Shown here: in pieces, positions 54,668 through 64,000 of the stretch
Numbering within the stretch: position 1 is the first letter of the stretch
How the letters are laid out: every line of letters begins with the position of its first letter
NCBI GenBank assembly: GCA_963665115.1
Contig: OY762007.1
Coordinates: 2,112,001 to 2,176,000 of the forward strand
From: an uncultured Rivularia sp.
GTDB taxonomy: Bacteria > Cyanobacteriota > Cyanobacteriia > Cyanobacteriales > Nostocaceae
Length of the DNA stretch: 64,000 bases
Reading direction: 5' to 3'
Made by a program: the position numbers and the translations under genes
Notes under the pieces: generated by a model
Databases searched by the model: none
Told to the model about the DNA's origin: nothing
The model's input: only the letters and a program-made list of their open reading frames with translations

Positions 54668-55618
54668 TTAATTCAACCAACGACGGCTAATTTCATCTAA
54701 TTGAGTAATTTCTTCATCGCTTAATTTCCAATCCACAGCACCAGCGTTTTGTTTAACTTGTTCTGCTGTTTTTACTCCAGAGATTGGAATTACATTGCCT
54801 TGAGCAATTAACCAGTTAAGAGCAACTTGTGCTGGAGTACGATTATATTTTTCGCCGATTGTGCGTAACAAAGATATTACTGGCTGAATTTTCTGTAAAT
54901 TGTCTTTACTAAAACGCGGGTCTATGCTTCTGGCTCCTGTAGGCTTTACACTGCTATCTAAAGAATATTTACCTGTAAGTAAACCTTGGGCTAAAGGACT
55001 ATAAGCTAAAATTGTCACGCCCAATTGTTTGGCTGTAGCAATAATTCCTTGACTTTCAACTTGACGGGTTAATAAAGAATAGCGCACCTGATTAACAGCC
55101 AAAGGTATACCGCGACGAGCTAAAATTTGGTGTGCTTCCTGCATTTGTTCTTGGGAATAATTACTTACACCAATGGTTTTAATTCTGCCGAGTTCTACCT
55201 CAGTTGCTAAAGCATTCATCAACGTTTCCTGGCTCATGAAAAAAGTAAAAGGCCAATGAACTTGATAAAGCGCAATTTGTTCTACTTGAAGACGTTTAAG
55301 ACTATCAGTTAATGCTTCGCTGACAGACTCAGCAGAAAATCGCCAAGGTAAAGGACCAAATTTTGTAGCGATCTGTACCTCTTTGTCCGTTTTTTTGATA
55401 AATTTTCCGAGCAATTCTTCTGAAAGTCCCAACCCGTAGACTTCCGCAGTATCAAAAAATGTAATTCCAGCTTCGATTGCAGCGTCAAAAGCTTGTTCTA
55501 CCTGTTCCGAGCCGTAGTCATTGCCATAATTCCAAAATAGTTTATCACCCCAAGCCCAAGTACCAAGACACAAAGGGGTGACTGATACAGCGTTTTGTCC
55601 TAATGCGATCTGTTCCAC
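54668..55618 (-). CDS. Aldo/keto reductase
   Basis: LGTWAWG, FFDTAEVYG, IATKF, LYQVHWP, IGVSNY, AYSPLAQGLLTGKY. Confidence 0.93.
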   Translation of the reverse strand: MEQIALGQNAVSVTPLCLGTWAWGDKLFWNYGNDYGSEQVEQAFDAAIEAGITFFDTAEVYGLGLSEELLGKFIKKTDKEVQIATKFGPLPWRFSAESVSEALTDSLKRLQVEQIALYQVHWPFTFFMSQETLMNALATEVELGRIKTIGVSNYSQEQMQEAHQILARRGIPLAVNQVRYSLLTRQVESQGIIATAKQLGVTILAYSPLAQGLLTGKYSLDSSVKPTGARSIDPRFSKDNLQKIQPVISLLRTIGEKYNRTPAQVALNWLIAQGNVIPISGVKTAEQVKQNAGAVDWKLSDEEITQLDEISRRWLN

Positions 55619-55796
55619 AATTGATTAAATGTTTTTACAATACTTAACTTAAAGTGTATCGCTGTTGTTGATATTAAAAACTTTATTGATGATTCGTTAG
55701 TGGGATAATAGCAAAGCAGCAACTGATTAAATTAGATAAGCGTTTCAGTTTAATTTTGGTTGCTCCGGTTATTTATAGTTTTATGTTTAACTAGTT

Positions 55797-57281
55797 ATGG
55801 CAAGCAGTGATTCTTTACCAAATCCAGAATCTAACAACTCGGAACAAACAAAATCGCTTCCCAGAATCAAGCTTTTAACAATGTTCCGCTTGGGTTTATT
55901 TCAGATGGGACTTGGGATTATGTCACTCCTGACATTGGGGGTACTTAACCGAGTCATGATTGACGAACTTAAGGTTTTACCCTTGATTGCAGCAGGTGCG
56001 ATCGCCATGTACCAGTTTGTCAGCCCAGCGCGGATTTGGTTTGGTCAAATGTCCGATGCTAAGCCGATTGGTGGCTATCATCGTTCTGGGTATGTATGGA
56101 TTGGAGCAGCTTTTTTTACTCTTATTTCTTTTGTAGCGCTGCAAGTTGTGTGGCAGTTAGGCTTTAGTTTGCAGGCTCGTGGATGGAGTTTTCAAACTTA
56201 CGCTTGGACTGCAATACTGGCATTAATTTTTGCACTTTACGGTTTAGCTCTCAGTGCAAGTTCTACTCCTTTTGCGGCTTTATTAGTAGATGTAACCGAC
56301 GAAGACAACCGTTCTAAATTGATTGGGGTTGTTTGGTCAATGTTGATGGTTGGGATTGTAATTGGAGCAATTGTAAGTTCCAGATTATTAGAAACACCAG
56401 AAGTTTGCGGGGCGGCTATATTATCTTACAACCCTGCTCAAACTGGGAAAATAGCTGATATTGGGCAACTCCAAGCTTTAATTAACCCCGTATTTATTAT
56501 TATGCCAGCCATAGTTTTCGGACTATGCATTTTAGCAACTTTTGGGGTAGAAAAAAAATATTCGCGTTATTATTTACGTTCTCAAGCTGTAGAAAGAGAA
56601 GACCAAATAACTTTAAAAAAAGCATTAAAAGTTCTTACTGCTAACCGTCAAACAGGTTTATTTTTCGGCTTTTTACTGGTATTAAGTATAAGTCTTTTTA
56701 TGCAAGATTCAATATTAGAGCCTTATGGTGGTGAAGTTTTTGGAATGTGTATTGCTGAAACCACAAGATTAAACGTTCCTTTTGGCATGGGTACTTTAAT
56801 CGGAATTGCCTCAACTGGCTTTTTAGTAGTACCTCGTTTAGGAAAGAAGAATACTACTAAATTCGGATGTATGAGTGCAGCCGTCAGCAATATTTTTATT
56901 ATTATGGCGGGATTTACTGCTAGCAAAAGTTTGTTAATGGGTAGTTTATTCTTTTTTGGTTTATCATCTGGAATGTTAACAGCAGGTGCCACTAGTTTAA
57001 TGTTAGATTTGACTGCTGCTGAAACTGCGGGTACGTTTATTGGTGCTTGGGGATTGGCACAATCAATGGCTAGAGGTTCTGCGACGGTACTTGGTGGTGG
57101 ATTTTTAAACTTAGGTAAAATGCTATTTGAGTTACCAGCAATGGCATATGGACTAGTCTTTTTTCTGCAAGCAATAGGAATGATTTTTGCGATTATATTA
57201 TTGCGTCGCATTAATGTTAAAGAGTTTCAAAATAATGCCAAAGTCGCAATTAGTTCGATTTTAGAAAGTGAATTAGATTGA
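55797..57281 (+). CDS. BCD family (PucC-like) MFS transporter
   Basis: RLGLFQMGLG, LNRVMI.EL, QDSILEPYGG, AGTFIGAWGLAQ. Confidence 0.9.
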   Translation: MASSDSLPNPESNNSEQTKSLPRIKLLTMFRLGLFQMGLGIMSLLTLGVLNRVMIDELKVLPLIAAGAIAMYQFVSPARIWFGQMSDAKPIGGYHRSGYVWIGAAFFTLISFVALQVVWQLGFSLQARGWSFQTYAWTAILALIFALYGLALSASSTPFAALLVDVTDEDNRSKLIGVVWSMLMVGIVIGAIVSSRLLETPEVCGAAILSYNPAQTGKIADIGQLQALINPVFIIMPAIVFGLCILATFGVEKKYSRYYLRSQAVEREDQITLKKALKVLTANRQTGLFFGFLLVLSISLFMQDSILEPYGGEVFGMCIAETTRLNVPFGMGTLIGIASTGFLVVPRLGKKNTTKFGCMSAAVSNIFIIMAGFTASKSLLMGSLFFFGLSSGMLTAGATSLMLDLTAAETAGTFIGAWGLAQSMARGSATVLGGGFLNLGKMLFELPAMAYGLVFFLQAIGMIFAIILLRRINVKEFQNNAKVAISSILESELD

Positions 57282-57370
57282 TGAATATGGGAATGGGGGA
57301 TTGGTAGTTGGTAATTGGTAATTGGTAATTGATGGATTATCCTAATTGTTTTTAGCTTTCAAAATATTTT

Positions 57371-57862
57371 CTACATTTTTAAAGCTTTTTTGGGCAGTCT
57401 AATCACGCTTGGGCTATTCGGAAATATAGGTATATCAATATAAATTTCGTATTCGTCAAAACTATTTATACTGGCTTCGGTGATTGCATCCCAAGGTATT
57501 AATAAAGGTGGATGGAAAAGACTCATCAAAAAAATAAATGATAGATAAAGACCTTCTTCTGTAATACCTATATTTAGACTGTTTTTATAAGAAACCAAGC
57601 CAATGTTACCTGTTTGCCAAGTATATAATTCAGTTGGTGAAGGAATATTAGTTATATAATATTTTGCTAACAACAACCACCCACTAATAAAATAAAATAG
57701 TAAACTCCCGAAAGTTATTATCATTAGCACAGTCAGTGGAGGAATATTAGCTCTATAGTAATGAGTTGATAACTGTATCTTGCTTATTAAAGAAGAACCT
57801 GTAAAAATTAGAATAATCAGAAAAAGCAGATTAATAATAAAATCAATAAATATTTTTATCAT
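57371..57862 (-). CDS. Hypothetical AT-rich membrane protein
   Basis: 2 TMs, then Y.N.LNIGI..EGLYL...FHPPLLIPW..I; flanked by STRR arrays. Confidence 0.7.
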   Translation of the reverse strand: MIKIFIDFIINLLFLIILIFTGSSLISKIQLSTHYYRANIPPLTVLMIITFGSLLFYFISGWLLLAKYYITNIPSPTELYTWQTGNIGLVSYKNSLNIGITEEGLYLSFIFLMSLFHPPLLIPWDAITEASINSFDEYEIYIDIPIFPNSPSVIRLPKKALKM

Positions 57863-57936
57863 TCAAACATTATATGAAAAAATAAGTTTTAAATACTCCA
57901 TGCTCAATCCCCAATCCCCAATCCCCAACTAACAAT

Positions 57937-58737
57937 ATGAACGATTTCTGGAATACTATTTTAGAGTTTTCTCAAACTACTACTGCTAGAGTCGGAAAGC
58001 AGTTGATGCAAGATTTTGGAAAAGTTCAAGCTGATAATAAAGCTGATGGTAGTTTGGTGACAAAAGCCGATAAATGGGCTGATAATCAAATACGAGAAGC
58101 AATAAAATCTAAATTCCCCCATCATGGTGTTCTCAGCGAAGAGAATAATAAAGTTTTTCCCGATAATGAGTGGTGCTGGATTGTCGATCCTTTGGATGGT
58201 ACTACTAACTTTACGAGGGGAATTCCTATCTGGTGTATTTCTCTGGGCTTGCTTTATAAAGGTACGCCTGTATTTGGTTACGTTTATGCTCCACCTACCA
58301 ATGAAGCTTTTCACGGTTATTGGCAAGGTGATTCGGGATTGGATTTACCACGGGGAGCATTTCGGAACAATACTCCAATCAAAACTAGCGATGATGAAAT
58401 TAGTAAAAATCATTTTTTCAACGTATGCTCTCGCAGTACATCAATAATTACTCCAGATTTTCCTTCTAAAATTAGAATGCTTGGTGTTGCTAGCTATAAT
58501 TTTCTGACGGTAGCGACGGGAGCAGTTTTGGGTGCTGTTGAAGCGACACCCAAAGTATGGGATATTGCTGGCGCTTGGGTTATTTTACAAGCTGCTGGAG
58601 CAAACTGGATATCTTTGAAGTTTGAGCCTTTTCCTTTAAAAGTAGGTGAAGATTATAGTGCAAAATCTATACCTACTTTGGCTGTAAGTAAACCAGAATT
58701 GATTGAGGTGTTTAAACCTTTTATGGTTAGTTGTTAG
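57937..58737 (+). CDS. Inositol monophosphatase family protein
   Basis: DGSLVT.AD, SEE, WIVDPLDGTTNF, WDIAG. Confidence 0.93.
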   Translation: MNDFWNTILEFSQTTTARVGKQLMQDFGKVQADNKADGSLVTKADKWADNQIREAIKSKFPHHGVLSEENNKVFPDNEWCWIVDPLDGTTNFTRGIPIWCISLGLLYKGTPVFGYVYAPPTNEAFHGYWQGDSGLDLPRGAFRNNTPIKTSDDEISKNHFFNVCSRSTSIITPDFPSKIRMLGVASYNFLTVATGAVLGAVEATPKVWDIAGAWVILQAAGANWISLKFEPFPLKVGEDYSAKSIPTLAVSKPELIEVFKPFMVSC

Positions 58738-58826
58738 TGGTTAGTGGTTAGTGGTTAGTTGTCTCCCTAATGCCCCATGCCCAATTACCAATTACCAATT
58801 ACCAATTACCAATTACCAATTACCAA
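58732..58826. repeat. STRR arrays (GTTAGTG)n, (GCCCCAT)n, (CCAATTA)n
   Basis: Seen directly between the convergent genes. Confidence 0.9.
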
Positions 58827-59594
58827 TCACAAATAATTTTCGGTGATTCTGCCATCTTCTAAGAATGCTACATTGTCGGCGAAACTTTGAATCCGGGAGT
58901 CGTGAGTCACCATGACGACGGTGCTTCCACCTTCTTTGGCTAAATTGCACAGTAATTCGATGACTGCTTGCCCGTTGTGAGAATCAAGTGCGGCGGTTGG
59001 CTCATCTGCCATAATCAACTTGGGATTACCAGCTAAAGCACGGGCAATCGCGATTCTTTGTTTTTGCCCACCAGATAAGTCTCGGGGAAGCAAGTGAGCT
59101 TTATTGGCTAATCCCACCATATCTAATAGCTCTAAAGCTTGATTGGTAGCAGATTTTCCTTTAATACCTTTGATCTCTAAGGCAAGTTGGACGTTTTCTA
59201 CTGCATTTAAAGCACCAAAAAGGTTAAAGCCTTGAAAAATAAAACCAATATTATCTCTTCTAAATTGTGATAATTTTTTACGAGACATTCGGGTAATTTC
59301 TTTCCCTAAAAGATTTACCTCACCAGAAGTAGGAGTCAAAATCCCTGCCAGAATTGATAGTAAAGTAGTTTTTCCGGAACCAGAATGTCCCATCAACAAC
59401 TGAATAGTACCCTTGGGAATATCTAAATCAATTCCTTTGAGTGCTACATAACGCTGTTTGCCGGATTGATATACCATTTCTACTCCTCTGGCAGAAATAG
59501 CGGAAGTTTTCAATTTACTTGCATTAATAGACTTTGAATCATTCCAACTGTCGATTCTGGAAGTCACTATACATCGATTTTGAGAAATAGTCAT
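58827..59594 (-). CDS. ABC transporter ATP-binding protein (DevA/LolD-like)
   Basis: GHSGSGKTT, LSGGQKQRIAIARAL, ADEPTAALD, VTHD. Confidence 0.93.
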   Translation of the reverse strand: MTISQNRCIVTSRIDSWNDSKSINASKLKTSAISARGVEMVYQSGKQRYVALKGIDLDIPKGTIQLLMGHSGSGKTTLLSILAGILTPTSGEVNLLGKEITRMSRKKLSQFRRDNIGFIFQGFNLFGALNAVENVQLALEIKGIKGKSATNQALELLDMVGLANKAHLLPRDLSGGQKQRIAIARALAGNPKLIMADEPTAALDSHNGQAVIELLCNLAKEGGSTVVMVTHDSRIQSFADNVAFLEDGRITENYL

Positions 59595-59720
59595 TTATTT
59601 AGGGAGAGGATATTGATTTTAGGGCTTTGTGCAAGGAGAAGCGTAAATTTACTTATAGATTTTCAGTATGAGAATAAAATAATTCACTCTAAAGATAGAG
59701 AATTCCAATCGTGTGACAGT

Positions 59721-60971
59721 CTATGCTTTGAATACTATTGCCGGGTCTACTTTACTGACTTTTTGAATCGCAAATAAGGCAGAACCAACACACATCAAAA
59801 CGGTTATGCCAAATACTCCAACGGCTGTTAATGGAGTAATTAAAATGACAATTCCTTGAGTTGCTAAAGTCCAAGCACCCAAGCCCCAACAAAGCAACAT
59901 TCCTGGTATATACCCAAGAATCGCCATCCACAGAGCTTGCTCAATAATTACGCCGTATATCACCCTATTTGACGCTCCCATCGCTTTGAGTGTTCCAAAT
60001 TCTTTTAAATGGTCGGCAACGGCAGAGTATAGAATTTGACCAACAATTACGACTCCAACAACTACCCCAACTCCTGCCCCCAAGCCTAAAATGAAGCCGA
60101 TTCCCGTTGACTGCTGCCAATAAATTCGTATCTTTTTAGACAACTCTTTAGTGGTATACGCTTTAGTTTCTGGGAAGGTAGCTTCTAAACGTTTTTTCAA
60201 TTTTCGGATATTTTGACCTGGCTCTGCTTGAATTAGTACGTAAGAAATGGGTGTATTTAAGCTGAGTTTGGGTGGCGGTTCATTAGCTGATTGCTTTTTC
60301 TTGGCATCGGCATCTTTTTCATAAACATTCCGACACTGAAGTTGTTCTCCAACCCAGGTACAGTTGACGTTGGTGGTAACGCTGGCGTTTGCGTAAGCAT
60401 TTGCAGTTTCTAAAGAAGTAAATATAAAAGGACTCGAAACAACTGATTGAGTATTTTGCGTTAAACCAACTACCTGTACTGGCAATGAGCCAATTTGAAC
60501 GGTATCTCCAATTTTTTTAATTTTGAGAGACTTTAAATTGCTTTTATCAATGATTGCCGTATAAGGGTTTCTCAAAGATTTTTTGTTTCCCTTCAGCACA
60601 TCTCCAGGAACAAATAATCTTCCTGTGGCTGGAAATCCGTATACTTTTACTACATTTAACTTGCCATTCGGAACATTCCATCTAGCTGAACCTTGGAGCA
60701 AAGCTTCGGCTCGCTTTACACCTTCAACTTTCCTAGCCCTGACGGCATAATCAAAAATCAGCGGCTGCGTAAGTTCGAGCTGCACCATCTTATCTGAAGC
60801 TAACCAGATATCGGCTCGCGAATTTTCTACTAAAGCTGTGGTAGAACGAATTACACCGTTGAATACCCCAGTTTGAATAGTCACCAAGCTGACAGCAAAC
60901 ATAATTCCTGCTTGAGCCACTAGAAAGCGCGGAATATCTTCAAACAGGTTTTTACGAGCAATAGAAACCAT
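59721..60971 (-). CDS. ABC transporter permease (DevC/FtsX-like)
   Basis: MVSIARKNL, large periplasmic loop, EFGTLKAMGA, 3 C-terminal TMs, DPAIVFK. Confidence 0.9.
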   Translation of the reverse strand: MVSIARKNLFEDIPRFLVAQAGIMFAVSLVTIQTGVFNGVIRSTTALVENSRADIWLASDKMVQLELTQPLIFDYAVRARKVEGVKRAEALLQGSARWNVPNGKLNVVKVYGFPATGRLFVPGDVLKGNKKSLRNPYTAIIDKSNLKSLKIKKIGDTVQIGSLPVQVVGLTQNTQSVVSSPFIFTSLETANAYANASVTTNVNCTWVGEQLQCRNVYEKDADAKKKQSANEPPPKLSLNTPISYVLIQAEPGQNIRKLKKRLEATFPETKAYTTKELSKKIRIYWQQSTGIGFILGLGAGVGVVVGVVIVGQILYSAVADHLKEFGTLKAMGASNRVIYGVIIEQALWMAILGYIPGMLLCWGLGAWTLATQGIVILITPLTAVGVFGITVLMCVGSALFAIQKVSKVDPAIVFKA

Positions 60972-61928
60972 GAAACACAATCATTGAAAAAGTTTACTTA
61001 ACAAGGCAACTTACCTTCACCTGTTTACTGACGCAAAAGCAAGAAGAAATCGTTCCTTTTTATTCTTAGGGGCTGCGGTTAAGGTTTATGGAATAAGATG
61101 CGAATTGGGTTTAAAGAATATCTATCAACTGGTAATAAGCTACTGCTGCGATCGGTGACGATGTATAATACATATGTTCTTTATTTTATAAATTTTCTAA
61201 TGTTTGTAGTTAGCGAAAGTTTTCTAAAAAAAGTATGTTTTGGCTTAGATATAGACTTAAAAATGGCTTTTGATCGGTGCTATAGTAAGGTTTATCAGAT
61301 AGAGACGGCGAATAAGAATACAAAAAGAGTGAATTGATTTCCTCTTAAAACCAACTATCAAAATTATGCTCCTGCTAATTCTTAGCTGTGAGATAAGCTG
61401 AATTACAAAAACTGAATTTCAAATTATCCTGACATATTCTGTTAAGAAGAGAACAATTTAAAATCGTGAATATCAAACCTAAAATTGAATGTGCATTATA
61501 CTTCTTGATTTCTTATTCTAGTTTCAAGCCAAGTAGTTTAAGCTATGGAACCTTTTGATAGAGATAAAGTCTACCAGATAAAATATTCCATCCTACTAGC
61601 TCGATGTCAATCTCAAATCCCTACATTCATTTGATTGACAATTTCATTTTATAAACTCCATAAAATTTTCAACCAGATATGAAAGTATCCCATGACTGAA
61701 ACCGATTTATATCCATACAGATGTACATTCTTAATTAGTACTTACAACATCATAAATACTTAAGAGTGTAAGTGACTTCTCTCGACAGACTGGAGTGTGA
61801 GTAGTAATATTTTTCTCACTCCGAAGCCGATATAGTCGTGTTTCCCTAACTTTAGTTAGTTTTAAATAGTTTTGTAAAGTCGCTTCAACGATTGTTCATG
61901 TTTCCTTAATAATTCGTGTGAGGATTAA

Positions 61929-63626
61929 ATGGTAAATTTAGCTCTAACTCTATTAACTAGTGCAGCAAGATTATCTAAAGCAAATTTTGTACGTAAAACT
62001 CGTAAAACGGCAATTTGTCAAGAGCAATTTTTGTTTTCACTGCTGAAAACTCACCAAGAAACTCAATTTGGAAAAGATTGCGGTTTTGAAGATATCAAAA
62101 CTGTAGAGCAATTTAAAGAAAGAATTCCGATCCTTACTTATAGCGGTTACGAAAAATACGTCGAACGTATTGCACGAGGAGAACAAAATATTCTCACATC
62201 AGATCCAGTCGTTTACTTTAATCAAAGCAGCGGTTCCACGGGTAAACAAAAACTGATCCCGGTAACGAAAAGAGTGCGTAAAGTACGTTCTAGGGTAACT
62301 CAGCAATCTCTGGGATTCATGGTAGATGCTGCAATAAAACGAGGTTTGCCGATTGGTAAAATGTTGCTGACTACCTCCATCCAAATTCGCGATCGCACTA
62401 GTGGAGGTATTGCTTATGGCACTTCCAGCGTAGGGGATTTACGCAATATGGATTTTCTCTACAGACAAGTTTTTGTCCATCCTTACGATGCTTTGAAGCC
62501 AGCAGATAGTTTGGCTCGTAATTATGTTTGCTTATTGTTTGCATTGAGAAATCCTCAAATGCGAGTGATTGGGGCAAATTTCCCGATTTTGGCGCTACAG
62601 TTAGCTGATTATTTAGAGCGTTATGCTTTATATTTAATTCAAGATTTAGAGACTGGAAAAATTGCTTCTTGGTTGAAAATAGAACCTGAAGTGCGTGAAG
62701 CATTAGAAAAGCAGTGGAGTGCAGCACCGCAAAGAGCGGCTGAATTACGCTCTATTTTGCAAAGTGAAGAAACCTTAACTCCTAAGATGGCTTGGAAAAA
62801 TCTTTCATGGATAATTACCGCTCGCGGCGGTACTTCCGACTTCTATTTTGAAAGGTTTAATCAATATTTTGGCGATACTCCAATCTTTGGAGGAATTTAC
62901 GCAGCTTCTGAAGCAACTTTTGGTATTTACGAAGACTTTAACAGCGACGGTACTATTTTAGCTATTGACAGCGGTTTCTTTGAATTTATTCCTTCAGATG
63001 AATGGGAAAAAGAACAGCCGAAAACTGTTTTAGCTCATCAAGTTGAAGTCGGTAAAAACTATCGTATTGTTGTTACCAATTACAGCGGTTTATATCGTTA
63101 CGATATTGGTGATGTAGTTGAAATTGTCGGCTTTTACGAACAAGCTCCCATAATTGTATTTCGCCATCGTATGGGAGGATTGTTATCTGCTACCAGCGAA
63201 AAAACTAATGAATTTCATGCGACTCAAGTAATGCAGCAATTACAAAAAGAGTTTGATTTACCTTTAGCAAGCTACTGCATCACATTATCTAAAAATGAAA
63301 TTCCACCACACTATTTATTAAATATTGAATTACTTCCTAACCATCCTTTGAATAACCCAGAGAAACTTTTAGCTGAATTCGATTTAAAAATGCAGCAAGC
63401 AAACGTATCTTACGAGGAAAAAAGGTGTAATAACATACTTCCTCCACCTCGCCTACGTATTTTAGCCCCTGGAAGTTTTGCTACAGTTCGTCAGCGGCTT
63501 TTACAGAAAGGAATACCCGATTCCCACCTCAAAATTCCTCATATTAACGAAGATAGAAAATTTCTTGAAGGATTAGATATTGAGCAAGAAGTTAAATTAT
63601 CGCAATTAGAACAAATAAGTAAATAA
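61929..63626 (+). CDS. GH3 family (auxin-responsive-like) acyl-adenylate/amido synthetase
   Basis: SSGSTGKQKLIP, YAASEA, FFEFIP, VTNYSGLYRYDIGD, KIPHI. Confidence 0.9.
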   Translation: MVNLALTLLTSAARLSKANFVRKTRKTAICQEQFLFSLLKTHQETQFGKDCGFEDIKTVEQFKERIPILTYSGYEKYVERIARGEQNILTSDPVVYFNQSSGSTGKQKLIPVTKRVRKVRSRVTQQSLGFMVDAAIKRGLPIGKMLLTTSIQIRDRTSGGIAYGTSSVGDLRNMDFLYRQVFVHPYDALKPADSLARNYVCLLFALRNPQMRVIGANFPILALQLADYLERYALYLIQDLETGKIASWLKIEPEVREALEKQWSAAPQRAAELRSILQSEETLTPKMAWKNLSWIITARGGTSDFYFERFNQYFGDTPIFGGIYAASEATFGIYEDFNSDGTILAIDSGFFEFIPSDEWEKEQPKTVLAHQVEVGKNYRIVVTNYSGLYRYDIGDVVEIVGFYEQAPIIVFRHRMGGLLSATSEKTNEFHATQVMQQLQKEFDLPLASYCITLSKNEIPPHYLLNIELLPNHPLNNPEKLLAEFDLKMQQANVSYEEKRCNNILPPPRLRILAPGSFATVRQRLLQKGIPDSHLKIPHINEDRKFLEGLDIEQEVKLSQLEQISK

Positions 63627-63882
63627 TAAGTAAATAATTAAGATCAATTTTTTACAAGACATAAAGATGGGAAATATGTAAATCTATAAGAGATTGGGAA
63701 ATAAGACTAATTGTGATTAGTTATACCAATAACCTATAGATAACAATCGATATTGTTGCTATTGCTATTAAATGCTTTGTATTTTAACGGTATTTTATAC
63801 CAATAGTTTAATTTTCGATTGTTAACTAAGGTAAATAAATCTTTCGATTGCTTTTATTTAACCTTACTCGATCGATCCAGTG

Positions 63883-64000
63883 ATGAAGACACCCTTAGAA
63901 GAGAAACATCTATCCGCATCAGATAACGCGCTGTTAAAAGTTGCAAGAATTGATGGAACTAATTTGACACCAAAAATATTTGCTAATAAATATAGAAAAG
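63883..64000 (+). CDS. Partial ORF, probable JmjC/cupin-like dioxygenase N-terminus
   Basis: MKTPLEEKHLSASDNALLKVARIDGTNLTPKIFANKYRK..., open to the window edge; V.RID...LT...F...Y resembles the start of cupin_8/JmjC domains. Confidence 0.45.
   Translation, partial: MKTPLEEKHLSASDNALLKVARIDGTNLTPKIFANKYRK

Larger units (their letters stand above)
3252..62396. repeat. Dispersed HIP1 octamers GCGATCGC
   Basis: Roughly 20 copies seen by eye (e.g. near 3252, 5413, 13004, 14019, 25002, 38002, 44493, 49765, 62389). Confidence 0.85.

Overview
AT-rich chromosomal segment of a filamentous cyanobacterium, probably Nostocales. The evidence is psbU, btpA, many HIP1 GCGATCGC octamers and heptameric STRR arrays. 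Most of it is housekeeping: plqA/ubiA, ppx, dnaK, dusB, two uppP, psbU, nadB, VKOR, btpA, rimO-crhR, pucC-like and an inositol monophosphatase. Accessory genes are interspersed: Rpn/DUF2887, an IS200/IS605-type tnpB, two tandem Crp/Fnr regulators, a 1235-aa protein built from exact 98-aa repeats, and GH3 next to a probable JmjC gene. Intergenic DNA is dense with GTAG-headed REP-like palindromes and small MITEs. I recognised no rRNA, tRNA or CRISPR array. Five genes each carry one extra base, in only two sequence contexts; this is most likely a systematic sequencing artefact. Best leads: (1) a small exported protein ending ...YQPPNFGSPSSAYGSGTR, directly downstream of a CHASE2-PAS-GGDEF sensor (candidate peptide/receptor pair); (2) a GH3 + JmjC-like + ABC exporter locus; (3) a strong internal RBS in Rpn predicting an intragenic antitoxin; (4) a structured ~500-nt leader before rimO-crhR; (5) a GTACG-N4-CGTAC palindrome punctuating the Crp pair. 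All family assignments come from motif recognition by eye, not database searches.
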